Assembly (NCBI GenBank): GCA_963793135.1
Contig: CAWBYX010000033.1
Coordinates: 33,708 to 97,707, forward strand
DNA from: an uncultured Verrucomicrobiae bacterium
GTDB lineage: Bacteria > Verrucomicrobiota > Verrucomicrobiia > Chthoniobacterales > JAFAMB01
DNA: 64,000 nt
Direction of reading: 5' to 3'
The notes below the pieces were generated by a model that was given only the letters and a program-made list of their open reading frames with translations, had not been told where the DNA came from and ran no database searches. Position 1 is the stretch's first letter, and each line of letters opens with the position of its first letter. The translations under genes were made by a program, and so were the position numbers. Positions 19,373 to 28,594 of this stretch are shown one piece after another.

Positions 19373-21421
19373 TTAATTAGCTAAATTTGTTCCATTTTCG
19401 CCACTTTGGATAGCGAAACGCTTAAAACGTTGGTGTTGAGCCTGTTGCAACAAAGGATCGGAATCCAAAATCGTCCGCGCAAGATCTTTCGCCCGAAATA
19501 ACAGCCCTTCGTCCTCGATCAAACTGGCGAGACGCAACGGCGGCAAACCGCTCTGCACCGTACCCAGCAGATCTCCGGGGCCTCTGATCCGCAGATCCTC
19601 TTCTGCAATTTCAAATCCGTTCTCGCTTCGCTCCAGGATGGCAAGCTTATCAAGCGCCTCAGGGTCTTCCCGGTCCGTTAGGAGGATACAGTAGCTCTGA
19701 TGCCGACTGCGGCCAATCCGACCACGCAATTGATGAAGCTGAGCTAAGCCGAATCGTTCCGAGTTCTCGATCAACATCACGGTCGCATTTGGAATATCGA
19801 TTCCCACCTCGATCACCGTAGTCGAAACGAGGATGTGGATCTGACCCTTTCGAAATTGCTCCATCACGCGCTCTTTTTCCTCCGGCGTTAGCCGGCCATG
19901 CAAAAGGCCGCATCGAAGCGGTGCGAGCAATTTCTCCCATTTGTGATATTCCGTCGTCGCGGCTTTCACGCTCAGGGTCTCTGATTCTTCGATCACGGGA
20001 TAGATGATGTAAACCTGCCGGCCTGCCGCAACGCGCTCTCGAATAAAGGAAGCCGCTTCCGGGATTTTGGCGGATGGCCGGACGCGGGTAATAATGGTTC
20101 GCCGGTTGGCCGGTTTTTCATCGAGAACCGAAACTTCCAGGTCACCGTAGACTGTCATCGCAAGGGTCCGCGGGATGGGCGTCGCCGTCATCACCAGAAG
20201 ATCGGGAATCGGCTTTCTTTCCAGCAACTTAGAGCGCTGCAAAACACCAAACTTGTGCTGTTCGTCGATCACCACGAGGCCAAGACGCTGAAACTGGCTG
20301 GCGTCATAAAGTAAGGCATGCGTTCCGATCACGATTTGAGATTCCCCCTGAAGCTCGATATGGGAAGCCTCGCGACGCGTCCCGGTCCGAAGAGCAATGC
20401 GAATATCGAAAAGAGAAAACCAGTCTCGGAAGTTGTCAAAATGTTGTTCCGCTAGAACCTGGGTGGGAGCCATCAACGCAGCCTGATAGCCCGCTTCGAC
20501 CGCGTACAGCATCGCGGCTGCCGCCACAAGCGTCTTGCCGGCGCCCACATCTCCCTGCAAAAGTCGGCTCATTGGAACCTCTTTCGCCATATCTTCGCGA
20601 ATTTCTCGAATCGCTCGCTCTTGAGCCGAAGTCGGCCGGTATGAGAGCGTTGCCAGAAACCTTTTCGTCCATTCTCCCGCGCCAACGTGGCGTTCACCTT
20701 TCAAGGCCGCTATCGAACGTTTCCGTTGTTCCGCCACGATCTGCATCGCCAAAAATTCCGCCAACGCCAATACCTTTCTGGCCGCCTCTCGATCAGGCCA
20801 ACTCTCTGGGAAATGGATTTGGCTGAGCGCTTCCTGCTCTGATACCAATTCCGGACTAGCCCCTGGACTCTGTCGCAACACCCTAAGCTCCTGAATCACC
20901 CGAAACATGATGGATCGCACCGCTCTTTGCCGAACCCCTTCCGTCAGGGGATAGATCGGCGTGATCCGACCCATATGAATGTTTTCTTCACCTTCCTCCT
21001 CAACGAGCTCAAACTCCGGATGATCCAAGTAAATGCGATTTCGATATTGCTTGGGTCGACCATAGACTATCAATTCGCACCCGGTGGCTAACATGCGCTG
21101 CAGATAATGCTGATTGAACCATCGACAGACGACACGGCCGCTCAGCGCAGTATCCAACAAATCCTCCAGGGTGACCTCCACGATTTTCCGTCCCCCGAAA
21201 TATTGAGCGGACATTTTGTGAATGATTCCGCGAAGACAGATCGACTCCTCGGAACTGCCTGTGGGGAAGGCGGCAAACCGGGTTCGGTCCTCATAACGCC
21301 TCGGATAATGCTGCAATAACTCCCGCAACGTCGCAATCCCCAGGCGCTGGACTAGTTTTCGCTGGGATTCTGCCCACCAGGCAAACTGTTCAAGAGGTTG
21401 ATCGAGCGCGTCCGCAGTCAT
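19373..21421 (-). CDS. recG: ATP-dependent DNA helicase RecG
   Basis: 682 aa. Wedge/OB N-domain. GDVGAGKTLVA, VVIDEQHKFG, LRGRIGRS. Confidence 0.9.
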   Translation of the reverse strand: MTADALDQPLEQFAWWAESQRKLVQRLGIATLRELLQHYPRRYEDRTRFAAFPTGSSEESICLRGIIHKMSAQYFGGRKIVEVTLEDLLDTALSGRVVCRWFNQHYLQRMLATGCELIVYGRPKQYRNRIYLDHPEFELVEEEGEENIHMGRITPIYPLTEGVRQRAVRSIMFRVIQELRVLRQSPGASPELVSEQEALSQIHFPESWPDREAARKVLALAEFLAMQIVAEQRKRSIAALKGERHVGAGEWTKRFLATLSYRPTSAQERAIREIREDMAKEVPMSRLLQGDVGAGKTLVAAAAMLYAVEAGYQAALMAPTQVLAEQHFDNFRDWFSLFDIRIALRTGTRREASHIELQGESQIVIGTHALLYDASQFQRLGLVVIDEQHKFGVLQRSKLLERKPIPDLLVMTATPIPRTLAMTVYGDLEVSVLDEKPANRRTIITRVRPSAKIPEAASFIRERVAAGRQVYIIYPVIEESETLSVKAATTEYHKWEKLLAPLRCGLLHGRLTPEEKERVMEQFRKGQIHILVSTTVIEVGIDIPNATVMLIENSERFGLAQLHQLRGRIGRSRHQSYCILLTDREDPEALDKLAILERSENGFEIAEEDLRIRGPGDLLGTVQSGLPPLRLASLIEDEGLLFRAKDLARTILDSDPLLQQAQHQRFKRFAIQSGENGTNLAN

Positions 21422-21448
21422 TGATCACCTTTGACACTGGCACTTTTC

Positions 21449-23197
21449 CTAAAATTCCGCTGTTCGCAATGCTTCGACATGCAGTTGTAGTTGGACTCGG
21501 TTTTGATAGTTGTTTGCTTCCAGGTAGAACGCGATATCCCAAGGCGGCTTCGGGAGCGGCAATTGCGCTCCATTAAATTGAATGGCAGTGAGGAGAGACG
21601 AACCGTGTCGCACGGTAAATAATCGATGTTTCTCCTTCAGCAATCTTGGCTCCCCAGCGGGCACGATCCTGCGGATGAAAAAGAGCGGTTGCGGATTTCC
21701 AATCCCAAACGGCTGCAGCCTGTCGTGGCAATTGAGAAAATTGAGGTTGATCTCGTGCCCGGTCAGTTCCGCATCGAGCTCCAGCCGGGGTTGCAACAAT
21801 TCCGGGGTCAGCACCCGTTGCGCGGCGGCTCGGAACGCCGCGGAGAAGGACTCCAGTTGATCGAAGGCGATTCGGACCCCTGCAGCCATTTCGTGGCCGC
21901 CGAATTGCAAAAGGTATTCGCCACACTCCTCCAAGGCTTTCACCATCGAAAGTCCGGGAACGCTCCGGCCACTCCCCTTGCCTTCTCCCGAATCGTCAAA
22001 CCCGATGACCACTGACGGACGATGGAATTGTTTGGTCAAACGCGAAGCGACGATGCCCACCACTCCAGGATGCCATCCACGTGAACCAACCACGATCGCC
22101 GCGTCTCGCTCGGGTACAAACGTCCGAGCCAACTGTTGCAGAACTTCATCCAGGGTCTTCTGTTCGACTGTCTGGCGATCGCGGTTCTGCCAATCCAGGC
22201 TGCGCGCTAAAACCAAGGCCTTTTCTGTATCATTCGCCAGTAACAGCTCGAGCGCGTCTTGCGCCACTCCAACTCGCCCCGCCGCATTGAGACGCGGCCC
22301 AAGGCGAAAGCCCACATGTGCGGGCCGGATCGGCGGGTTGACACCGGCCACCTCCATGAGAGCCCGTAATCCGAGCCATTCCGTTTGCTCCAGCTGCCGC
22401 AAACCGTGCAGCACAAAAGTCCGATTCTCATCCACCAAAGGAACCAGATCCGCGATCGTCGCGAGAGCAACCAGGTCAAGGCATTTCTTCAAATCAAAAT
22501 CCGGGAGCCGTCGCGCTTTCAACAGGGCATGACAAAGCTTAAAAACAAGGCCTCCAGTGCAAAGATGGTGATTGTTGGAGCCCATTTTCGGGTTCACAAA
22601 AGCGCGACAAACCGGGAGGCGCCCCTTTGACTCGTGATGATCCACAACCACGACGTCAACTCCGGCAGCCTCTATTTCGCTGATCCGATCAGCGGCCGAA
22701 GTTCCGCAATCGAGCGCAATCAAAAGTTTCGGTGAATGCAGAGCCAGACACCGTTGAACCCCCTCTTCGGACAAGCCGTACCCTTCCTCGATCCGATGTG
22801 GCAGAAAGGTTCGGACATTGGCACCAAAAGCCTTCAACAATCGATCCAGCAAAGCGACAGAAGTCACCCCGTCGACATCGTAGTCCCCATACAAAACGAT
22901 GGTTTCCAGGCGGTCAATCGAGTGAAATATTCGGTCGACTGCCTTCTGTATCCCACCGATCTCAAGTGGGTCGCGCAAATCGCGTAACCTGGGAAACAGA
23001 AATTGGCGCGCTTGTCGTTCTTCCACCAAACCCATCCTGGCAAGTATACGCGCCAAGCCAGGAGCCAGATCCAGCCCGCGGGAAACCGCCAAGGCGGCTT
23101 CGAGCTGGATCGGCTCAGGAAACGACCAGAGACGGTTCATACAATATCGCAAGAATGCCACGAAACCTGCGAATGCCAAGATCCTTGAGATTCTCAT
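21449..23197 (-). CDS. recJ: Single-stranded-DNA-specific exonuclease RecJ
   Basis: 582 aa. DHH motifs (YGDYDVDG, VVVDHHE) and DHHA1 GGHEMAAG. The start may be the internal MNRLW at 23137. Confidence 0.9.
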   Translation of the reverse strand: MRISRILAFAGFVAFLRYCMNRLWSFPEPIQLEAALAVSRGLDLAPGLARILARMGLVEERQARQFLFPRLRDLRDPLEIGGIQKAVDRIFHSIDRLETIVLYGDYDVDGVTSVALLDRLLKAFGANVRTFLPHRIEEGYGLSEEGVQRCLALHSPKLLIALDCGTSAADRISEIEAAGVDVVVVDHHESKGRLPVCRAFVNPKMGSNNHHLCTGGLVFKLCHALLKARRLPDFDLKKCLDLVALATIADLVPLVDENRTFVLHGLRQLEQTEWLGLRALMEVAGVNPPIRPAHVGFRLGPRLNAAGRVGVAQDALELLLANDTEKALVLARSLDWQNRDRQTVEQKTLDEVLQQLARTFVPERDAAIVVGSRGWHPGVVGIVASRLTKQFHRPSVVIGFDDSGEGKGSGRSVPGLSMVKALEECGEYLLQFGGHEMAAGVRIAFDQLESFSAAFRAAAQRVLTPELLQPRLELDAELTGHEINLNFLNCHDRLQPFGIGNPQPLFFIRRIVPAGEPRLLKEKHRLFTVRHGSSLLTAIQFNGAQLPLPKPPWDIAFYLEANNYQNRVQLQLHVEALRTAEF

Positions 23198-23414
23198 TTG
23201 ACTGCCCGTAACCGCGCTGCTAATTTCGCGGTTCGATGCGCTTTCACGGACAGCTTTCTAGCTTTCCACTCTTCCTGCTCGGGAGTGGCGCCCCAAATCT
23301 TTCTCTCCTCTCTTAGTCTCCTTCAGTCTGGTCAGAATCGTTCGCGGTGACAGCGGTTTTTGACCGATCGCTTCCGCACCGCAACCCGAATTTCCTTACC
23401 AACTTCAGGCAAAC

Positions 23415-24980
23415 ATGTCAGACCGAATCTTAATTTTCGACACCACCCTGCGTGACGGTGAACAGTGCCCAGGGGCGTCGATGAATCTCCGCGAAAAAAT
23501 GGAGGTCGCACGTCAACTGCAACGCTTAGGCGTTGACGTAATCGAAGCAGGATTTCCCGTCATCAGCGACGGCGACTTCGAGGCCGTCCAAAAAATTGCT
23601 GCCGAAATCCGCGGACCGATCATCGCTGGACTCGCCCGCTGTGTCCCAAAGGACATTGATGCAGCCGGCGCTGCCGTCAAAGCCGCCGGCGATCGCGCGC
23701 GGATTCACATTTTTTTGGCCACGTCCAAAATCCATCGTGATTTCAAGCTCAAAAAGGCCAGTGAAGAGATCATCCTGCTCACCACCCAGAGTGTGAAACG
23801 GGCCAAGACCATCGTCCGCGATGTCGAGTTTTCGCCGGAGGATGCGTCTCGAACTGAACCTGAATTCCTGGCGCGGGTGGTCGAGGCAGCCATTGAGGCC
23901 GGCGCGACCACCATCAATATTCCCGACACCGTCGGATACGCAGTTCCAGCTGAATTCGGGGACTTGATCCGCTATCTGAAGTCGAACGTGAAGAGGATCG
24001 ATGACGCGGTGATCAGCGTGCATTGTCACAACGATCTTGGCCTGGCAGTCGCCAATTCGATCGCCGCGGTTCAAGCGGGCGCGCGCCAGGTGGAGGGAAC
24101 CGTGAATGGCATCGGCGAACGCGCCGGGAACGCCGCTCTGGAAGAGATCGTGATGGCCATCAAGACCCGGTCCGGCTACTTCAAAGATTTTCACACGCAG
24201 GTCAATACGCGAGAGATCGTGAGATCTTCGCGTTTGGTGAGCCGAATGAGCAGTCTAGTCGTCGCGCGCAACAAGGCTATTGTGGGCGAAAATGCTTTTG
24301 CGCACGGTTCCGGCATCCATCAGGATGGCATCCTGAAGCATCGCGAGACCTACGAGGTCATGGATCCGCGGGAAGTTGGCTGGGGAGAAACCGAACTGCC
24401 ACTGACCAAGCATAGTGGCCGGCACGCCATGGCAAAACGATTGCAGCATCTCGGCTACCAGCTGAGCGACGAGGAACTCGGTCAAATCTTCGTCCGATTC
24501 AAGGAAATCGGGGATAAAAAGAAATTTGTCTACGATGACGATCTGGGAGCGTTGATCGACGACTCCATCGGGGTGACCCAGGAAGCGTGGCAGCTGGATT
24601 ATATCAGCTTCACTTCTGGCACCACCACGATCCCGACCGCCACCGTACGCCTGCGAAAAGGCGAAGAGACTTTACAGGATTCGTCCCCCGGAAACGGAGC
24701 CGTTGATGCGGTAATGAAAGCAATCGACCGGATCCTCCACCAGCGCGGGCACCTGGTGGAATATCACGTCAGCGCCGTCTCGAGCGGGAAAGACGCGTTA
24801 GGCGAAGTCAATTTGAAATGCGACTTCGGCGGCGGCCGACTCATTACCGGTAAAGGGGCTAGCACGGATGTGGTCGAGGCGAGCGCACGTGCTTACCTGA
24901 ACGCTATGAATCGGATGCTGCATCCAGGCCAACCCACTTCCAAAAAAGAGGCGGAATTCCTCGAAGCGGCCGGCGTTTGA
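23415..24980 (+). CDS. leuA: 2-isopropylmalate synthase
   Basis: 521 aa. TLRDGEQCPG, HCHNDLGLAVANS, and a C-terminal LeuA dimerisation/regulatory domain. Confidence 0.95.
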   Translation: MSDRILIFDTTLRDGEQCPGASMNLREKMEVARQLQRLGVDVIEAGFPVISDGDFEAVQKIAAEIRGPIIAGLARCVPKDIDAAGAAVKAAGDRARIHIFLATSKIHRDFKLKKASEEIILLTTQSVKRAKTIVRDVEFSPEDASRTEPEFLARVVEAAIEAGATTINIPDTVGYAVPAEFGDLIRYLKSNVKRIDDAVISVHCHNDLGLAVANSIAAVQAGARQVEGTVNGIGERAGNAALEEIVMAIKTRSGYFKDFHTQVNTREIVRSSRLVSRMSSLVVARNKAIVGENAFAHGSGIHQDGILKHRETYEVMDPREVGWGETELPLTKHSGRHAMAKRLQHLGYQLSDEELGQIFVRFKEIGDKKKFVYDDDLGALIDDSIGVTQEAWQLDYISFTSGTTTIPTATVRLRKGEETLQDSSPGNGAVDAVMKAIDRILHQRGHLVEYHVSAVSSGKDALGEVNLKCDFGGGRLITGKGASTDVVEASARAYLNAMNRMLHPGQPTSKKEAEFLEAAGV

Positions 24981-25149
24981 TTTAACCGGAGTTGAGCTGG
25001 CGGGCATCGAAGGAACCTGATTTGTGCCGATTCCGGACGCACGAAAAGGGACCGCTGACCCGTCAGCCAGCCGCAGACGCAGCTGCCCGGCCAGGCCACC
25101 GTGGCTCCGCGCAGGCACGGTGGAACGGACCCGCCGGGCTCCTTCCGTA

Positions 25150-25449
25150 TCACTGCTCGTAGTTTTCCACTGTCGCGGGAGGCCGCACATGCGCCTCATC
25201 TGGATTACGTCCGGCGTCCCGCAAAGCCTGACGCTGCCGCAACAGATCCCAGCACTGATCTAATTCGATATTAATTTTGGTTAAACGCGCACGGTCGGCA
25301 TCAGTGAGCGCCTCGTGTCCATACAAGTGATGCTCCTCCGCCGCAAGCTTCTGAATAACGTTCAGGACGGATTGATCTTCTGCTTCGTCTTTCATAATAG
25401 TTTGCTTTGCCGCTTCCCAATGGGCCAAGATCTCCAGACATTTTGCCAA
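25150..25449 (-). CDS. DUF2630-like small protein
   Basis: 99 aa. AAEEHHLYG...LDQCWDLLRQRQALRDAGRNPDEA matches my recollection of the DUF2630 signature. Confidence 0.55.
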   Translation of the reverse strand: MAKCLEILAHWEAAKQTIMKDEAEDQSVLNVIQKLAAEEHHLYGHEALTDADRARLTKINIELDQCWDLLRQRQALRDAGRNPDEAHVRPPATVENYEQ

Positions 25450-25663
25450 TGCTCCGGTGGATTACAACGCCATTTTCGTTGATGGGCAGCTACAGCCATC
25501 ACTATGGCGAACGCTTCACGATAACGTTCAATCAGAAATTCGGTCCCCCGTCTTCTTCAGCAATCCTGTGGTGAACATTGGGGCTTCCGTGCGAGAAAGA
25601 GGCGAAACGAATTAAACATCGAAGAGAGCCCACTGAGGTCACTCCGTACGCAGACCGCTCGGC

Positions 25664-26146
25664 TCAGAGAATTTTCTGATGAAGGCTTATCAAAACAACC
25701 AACAGCGCGAGAATCGCACCGAACAGGCCGTAGATGCAGGGCTGCAGATGATTAAGGATGATGTCGGAATTGCTTCGTTGCCGGATCTTGTTCGTGGTAA
25801 CGGCGAAATCCTTCTGCGTCTGATCAAGAGCGATCACCAAGGCCTCGACGTGCCTCTGAGTTTCCTCGGCCTTTCCGATGGCCAGGTCAATGCGCCCGAA
25901 CTCCACTCCGGCCAGCGCAATCGCCGCCTCGAAGCGTGAAATGACCTCGCGCTGATGGGCGCTCATCTTATCAACGATTGAAACAAAGATGGCCATCGGG
26001 TCGTTCGCATCGTTCACGCGATAACGATCCAACAGGAGCAATGCATGCTCGGACAACTCATTCCGGTCAAGTGGCCGAAATGGTTGAACACGGTCTTGTG
26101 AAGATCCAAACAGCTTGCCTCTTTCATTTTCGGGAAGGCTCATCAT
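25664..26146 (-). CDS. Tail-anchored coiled-coil membrane protein, unknown family, operonic with the MglA-like GTPase
   Basis: 160 aa. Long helical/heptad-like region. A single C-terminal TM (IYGLFGAILALLVVLISL) is followed by only 5 residues. SD-like AAAGAGGAGT lies 5 nt upstream of the ATG, the same 10-mer as upstream of the GTPase gene. It starts 25 nt after the GTPase stop. Confidence 0.55.
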   Translation of the reverse strand: MMSLPENERGKLFGSSQDRVQPFRPLDRNELSEHALLLLDRYRVNDANDPMAIFVSIVDKMSAHQREVISRFEAAIALAGVEFGRIDLAIGKAEETQRHVEALVIALDQTQKDFAVTTNKIRQRSNSDIILNHLQPCIYGLFGAILALLVVLISLHQKIL

Positions 26147-26171
26147 TGGTCACTCCTCTTTGCAGCCCTGA

Positions 26172-26819
26172 TCACGACTCTGCCTCAGCGGTCGCATCCT
26201 GGTTTTCCGGCCCATATATTTTTTCCTCCAACCTTTTCAAGGCCAGCGTCGCCGCCGCATCTGCAGCTCGCACCACATTCTTTCCAGCTGTCGCCTCCCC
26301 CGTAAATCGTGAGGTCGGCCAGGATGGTAATCCGAACAAAGTGTCCATGTAATGAACGGGCATGATGTCGGCCAAATCCCTTTTGTTATAAAAGAAGACG
26401 ATCGGGATGGGTTGCAATGTCAGACTCTGTCTTCCTTCCAGGCACATACCGCGGTCAGACAAAAGCTCCTCCAAATCATTCAGCATTTCGAGATTTCTCG
26501 ATGCGGCTTCGTACTGGCTATCCGCTACAAAGACGACCGCGTCCGTCCCCGCCAGGACCAGATGTCGAGTCCTTCGATATTTCTGTTGGCCGGGCAGCGT
26601 CCAATAAAGAAACTTCACTTCGAGGTTATTGGCGGGAAGTTTTTGCGACTGGGTGTATTCGAAGAAGACCGATCGATCGTCTGTGGTCGGCAGCTCCTTG
26701 ACGTCAGTTTCCAAACGCAAGGAGAGATACCGCAGAGAAGTCGTTTTGCCGGCATACCCAGGCCCGTAATAAACGACTTTCAGCTGCGCCTCGTAGGTCA
26801 CCCAATTGACGTAAGCCAT
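26172..26819 (-). CDS. mglA: MglA-family Ras-like small GTPase
   Basis: 215 aa, colinear with M. xanthus MglA as I recall it. N-terminus MAYVNWVTYEAQLKVVYYGPGYAGKTT (P-loop). The MglA-specific switch II is TLPGQ in place of DxxGQ. Also VVFVADSQ and G4 NKRD. SD AAAGAGGAGT is upstream. Confidence 0.8.
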   Translation of the reverse strand: MAYVNWVTYEAQLKVVYYGPGYAGKTTSLRYLSLRLETDVKELPTTDDRSVFFEYTQSQKLPANNLEVKFLYWTLPGQQKYRRTRHLVLAGTDAVVFVADSQYEAASRNLEMLNDLEELLSDRGMCLEGRQSLTLQPIPIVFFYNKRDLADIMPVHYMDTLFGLPSWPTSRFTGEATAGKNVVRAADAAATLALKRLEEKIYGPENQDATAEAES

Positions 26820-27016
26820 GCGTTTCGACTCCTCTTTTAACTCGATATTTATCGGCTTCGCCGCAATTACGCAATAGATAAAACGTTGCCTAACATTGAG
26901 GTTTTATTCGGTTAACCTTTTGCGCAATTTCTCATCGGTCCTGAGGCCGTCCGGAAACCGATAAACCCACGGTCTGTTGCTTTTCCCATCTGCCCCAAAG
27001 ATCAAGTTGCTCACCC

Positions 27017-27325
27017 TTAAAGCCAACCGAACAACTTTTTCACCGGCGGCTTCTGCGTCCTGGCTATACTCTCCTTGGCATTGAAATCAGGATTTGGATC
27101 TGATTTTTTTGCCGCCTTCTTTGAGCTTTGGTGCTTCGCCGGCTTCGCTGCAGGCTGAGGTTCCTGATTCGTCACTGGCCCTTCTCCCAGACGCATCTCC
27201 GGATCCTGCCCAGCCTGTGCCAGTGTGGCCGCTGTTGGCAAGTAATTGGCAGGTGGCTGGCTGAAGGTTAATCCCTCAAGTTTCGGATCTGTTCTCTCGT
27301 TGACCGCGAGATCGAAATCGTTCAC
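27017..27325 (-). CDS. Hypothetical low-complexity (Pro/Gln/Lys-rich) protein
   Basis: 102-aa ORF overlapping the upstream gene by 4 nt (ATGA). No TM segment or signal peptide. Support comes only from operon context. Confidence 0.4.
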   Translation of the reverse strand: MNDFDLAVNERTDPKLEGLTFSQPPANYLPTAATLAQAGQDPEMRLGEGPVTNQEPQPAAKPAKHQSSKKAAKKSDPNPDFNAKESIARTQKPPVKKLFGWL

Positions 27326-27816
27326 CTGGCCCCAGGCTCGTTCTGGCGCGCGGGATCTTCCTCTATCGCCACCTTGTTTTTTTCCGCAATCTCTCGGTCG
27401 CCGGTCGGCGCCGAACCCTCATTGCCTGGCCCGAAGATACTGACAAAAGTCGGGTTGCTGCTCTCTTCGAAAAAAAAGGCGTAGACCTTCTGATCCAATA
27501 CGACGGTCAGATTCCCGGTGGCGCCAGGTTTTAGAGCACGAACGCTGAAATAGTTAGTTCCTTTGGTGTAAGAGATCTGAAAAGCGTCCCCGGAGCCAGG
27601 AGTCAGCGAAAAACCGAAGCCGTCGATAGCTTCGATTCTGTAGGGGAACTCCAGCGAGGTGACGCCGTTGGTTCCTACCTTGACCACCGCCGGCTCGTTG
27701 TGATTAAGAGTCTGGTGAATGATTTTTTCTTTTGAAACGTCCTCCCCCGCTCGGCCATGGATCTGGAGAAACGCTATTGCAGTCAAGCCCGCGAAATTGA
27801 CCAGAAACAATCTCAT
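27322..27816 (-). CDS. Secreted beta-rich protein; pattern reminiscent of the VirB9/TrbG/CagX N-terminal domain (weak)
   Basis: 164 aa. Signal peptide MRLFLVNFAGLTAIAFLQIHG. VVKVGTNGVTSLEFPYRIEAIDG...SVRALKPGATGNLTVVLDQKVYAFFF resembles the alternating-strand VirB9 N-domain signature (...TNL.V.T..R.Y.F.L). Similarity judged by eye only. Confidence 0.5.
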   Translation of the reverse strand: MRLFLVNFAGLTAIAFLQIHGRAGEDVSKEKIIHQTLNHNEPAVVKVGTNGVTSLEFPYRIEAIDGFGFSLTPGSGDAFQISYTKGTNYFSVRALKPGATGNLTVVLDQKVYAFFFEESSNPTFVSIFGPGNEGSAPTGDREIAEKNKVAIEEDPARQNEPGAR

Positions 27817-27907
27817 ATAAGACGTCTATAACGTTATGTATAACACGTCACGAACAAAGTTTTAACCGACCCGGGCGCTCACCCGTTGGCCCCGAATGAC
27901 CGGGAAT

Positions 27908-28498
27908 TCAACACCGCACAGGTATCTGGAGCTGCTCGTGGACGCCCCATCGATTCACTGCAGCGTTGGAGACCCCTTTTCCGACGATCGGATGCTGCAC
28001 CGCCGACAGGAATTGACCGACGTGATCATACTCCGGTATCTTGGCGCGGTTGGGGTACCGGTTCATTTTAGCGGCCACCGCACGGGCGAGGTGGTTGGCA
28101 TCCGGAGTGCCAGACAGGCCAGAACCAATCGCTCCCCAAGCAAGTATTTCCGCTTCGCTCTCCAAAATCAGCAGACAGTAGTGAATCAGTTTTGCCACCG
28201 TAACCGCGCTCAAGTGTCCAGCGGTCGCCAACAAATTTCTGTCGAGGTGATGATCGAACGATTCAGCGCTAAAAGAATCCAGTTTCAATTTGTCGACCAA
28301 ATCCTGGATCGCATACGGAAACTCTTTTTCGTTATCCCTGACAAATTCGGCCAGCATGATTTTTGTTTCCGGTCTGGGAGGCGAGGCAAAATTGTACGGA
28401 AAACTCAAATGCAGACGGTTGATCTCCGTCAACTGTTCCTCCGTCACAGTCGTCAGTTTTGGCAACGTTCGGTTTCTATTTGGCACAGCCTTTTCCAA
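27908..28498 (-). CDS. Hypothetical protein, no recognisable domain
   Basis: 196-aa ORF. Preferred over the fully overlapping + strand ORF (27896-28510), whose R/Q/S/F-rich composition looks antisense-like. Same orientation as the flanking island genes. Confidence 0.45.
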   Translation of the reverse strand: MEKAVPNRNRTLPKLTTVTEEQLTEINRLHLSFPYNFASPPRPETKIMLAEFVRDNEKEFPYAIQDLVDKLKLDSFSAESFDHHLDRNLLATAGHLSAVTVAKLIHYCLLILESEAEILAWGAIGSGLSGTPDANHLARAVAAKMNRYPNRAKIPEYDHVGQFLSAVQHPIVGKGVSNAAVNRWGVHEQLQIPVRC

Positions 28499-28594
28499 AT
28501 TCTCGGGTAGTTCTCTATTCTTCTGGTTCCGGCGGAAGCCTGATCCATCACGGCGTTGATGTGGTTCCGGCGCGAACGTTAATAGTCGCCATTG

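Noticed and set aside
23198-23414. Possible leader/attenuator upstream of leuA (small hairpin accgcg-N10-cgcggt at about 23211-23232 and gcggtgacagcggtttttgaccgatcgcttccgcaccgc near 23344-23382)
   Set aside because: The stems are short and imperfect. I saw no Leu-rich leader peptide and no T-box-like specifier or terminator features, so the evidence is insufficient.
27896-28510. 204-aa plus-strand ORF mirroring the 196-aa minus-strand ORF
   Set aside because: Its composition (R, Q, S, F-rich, many RR/QQ pairs) looks like an antisense shadow, and the minus-strand ORF fits the operon orientation. This is not fully excluded and is flagged in the findings.
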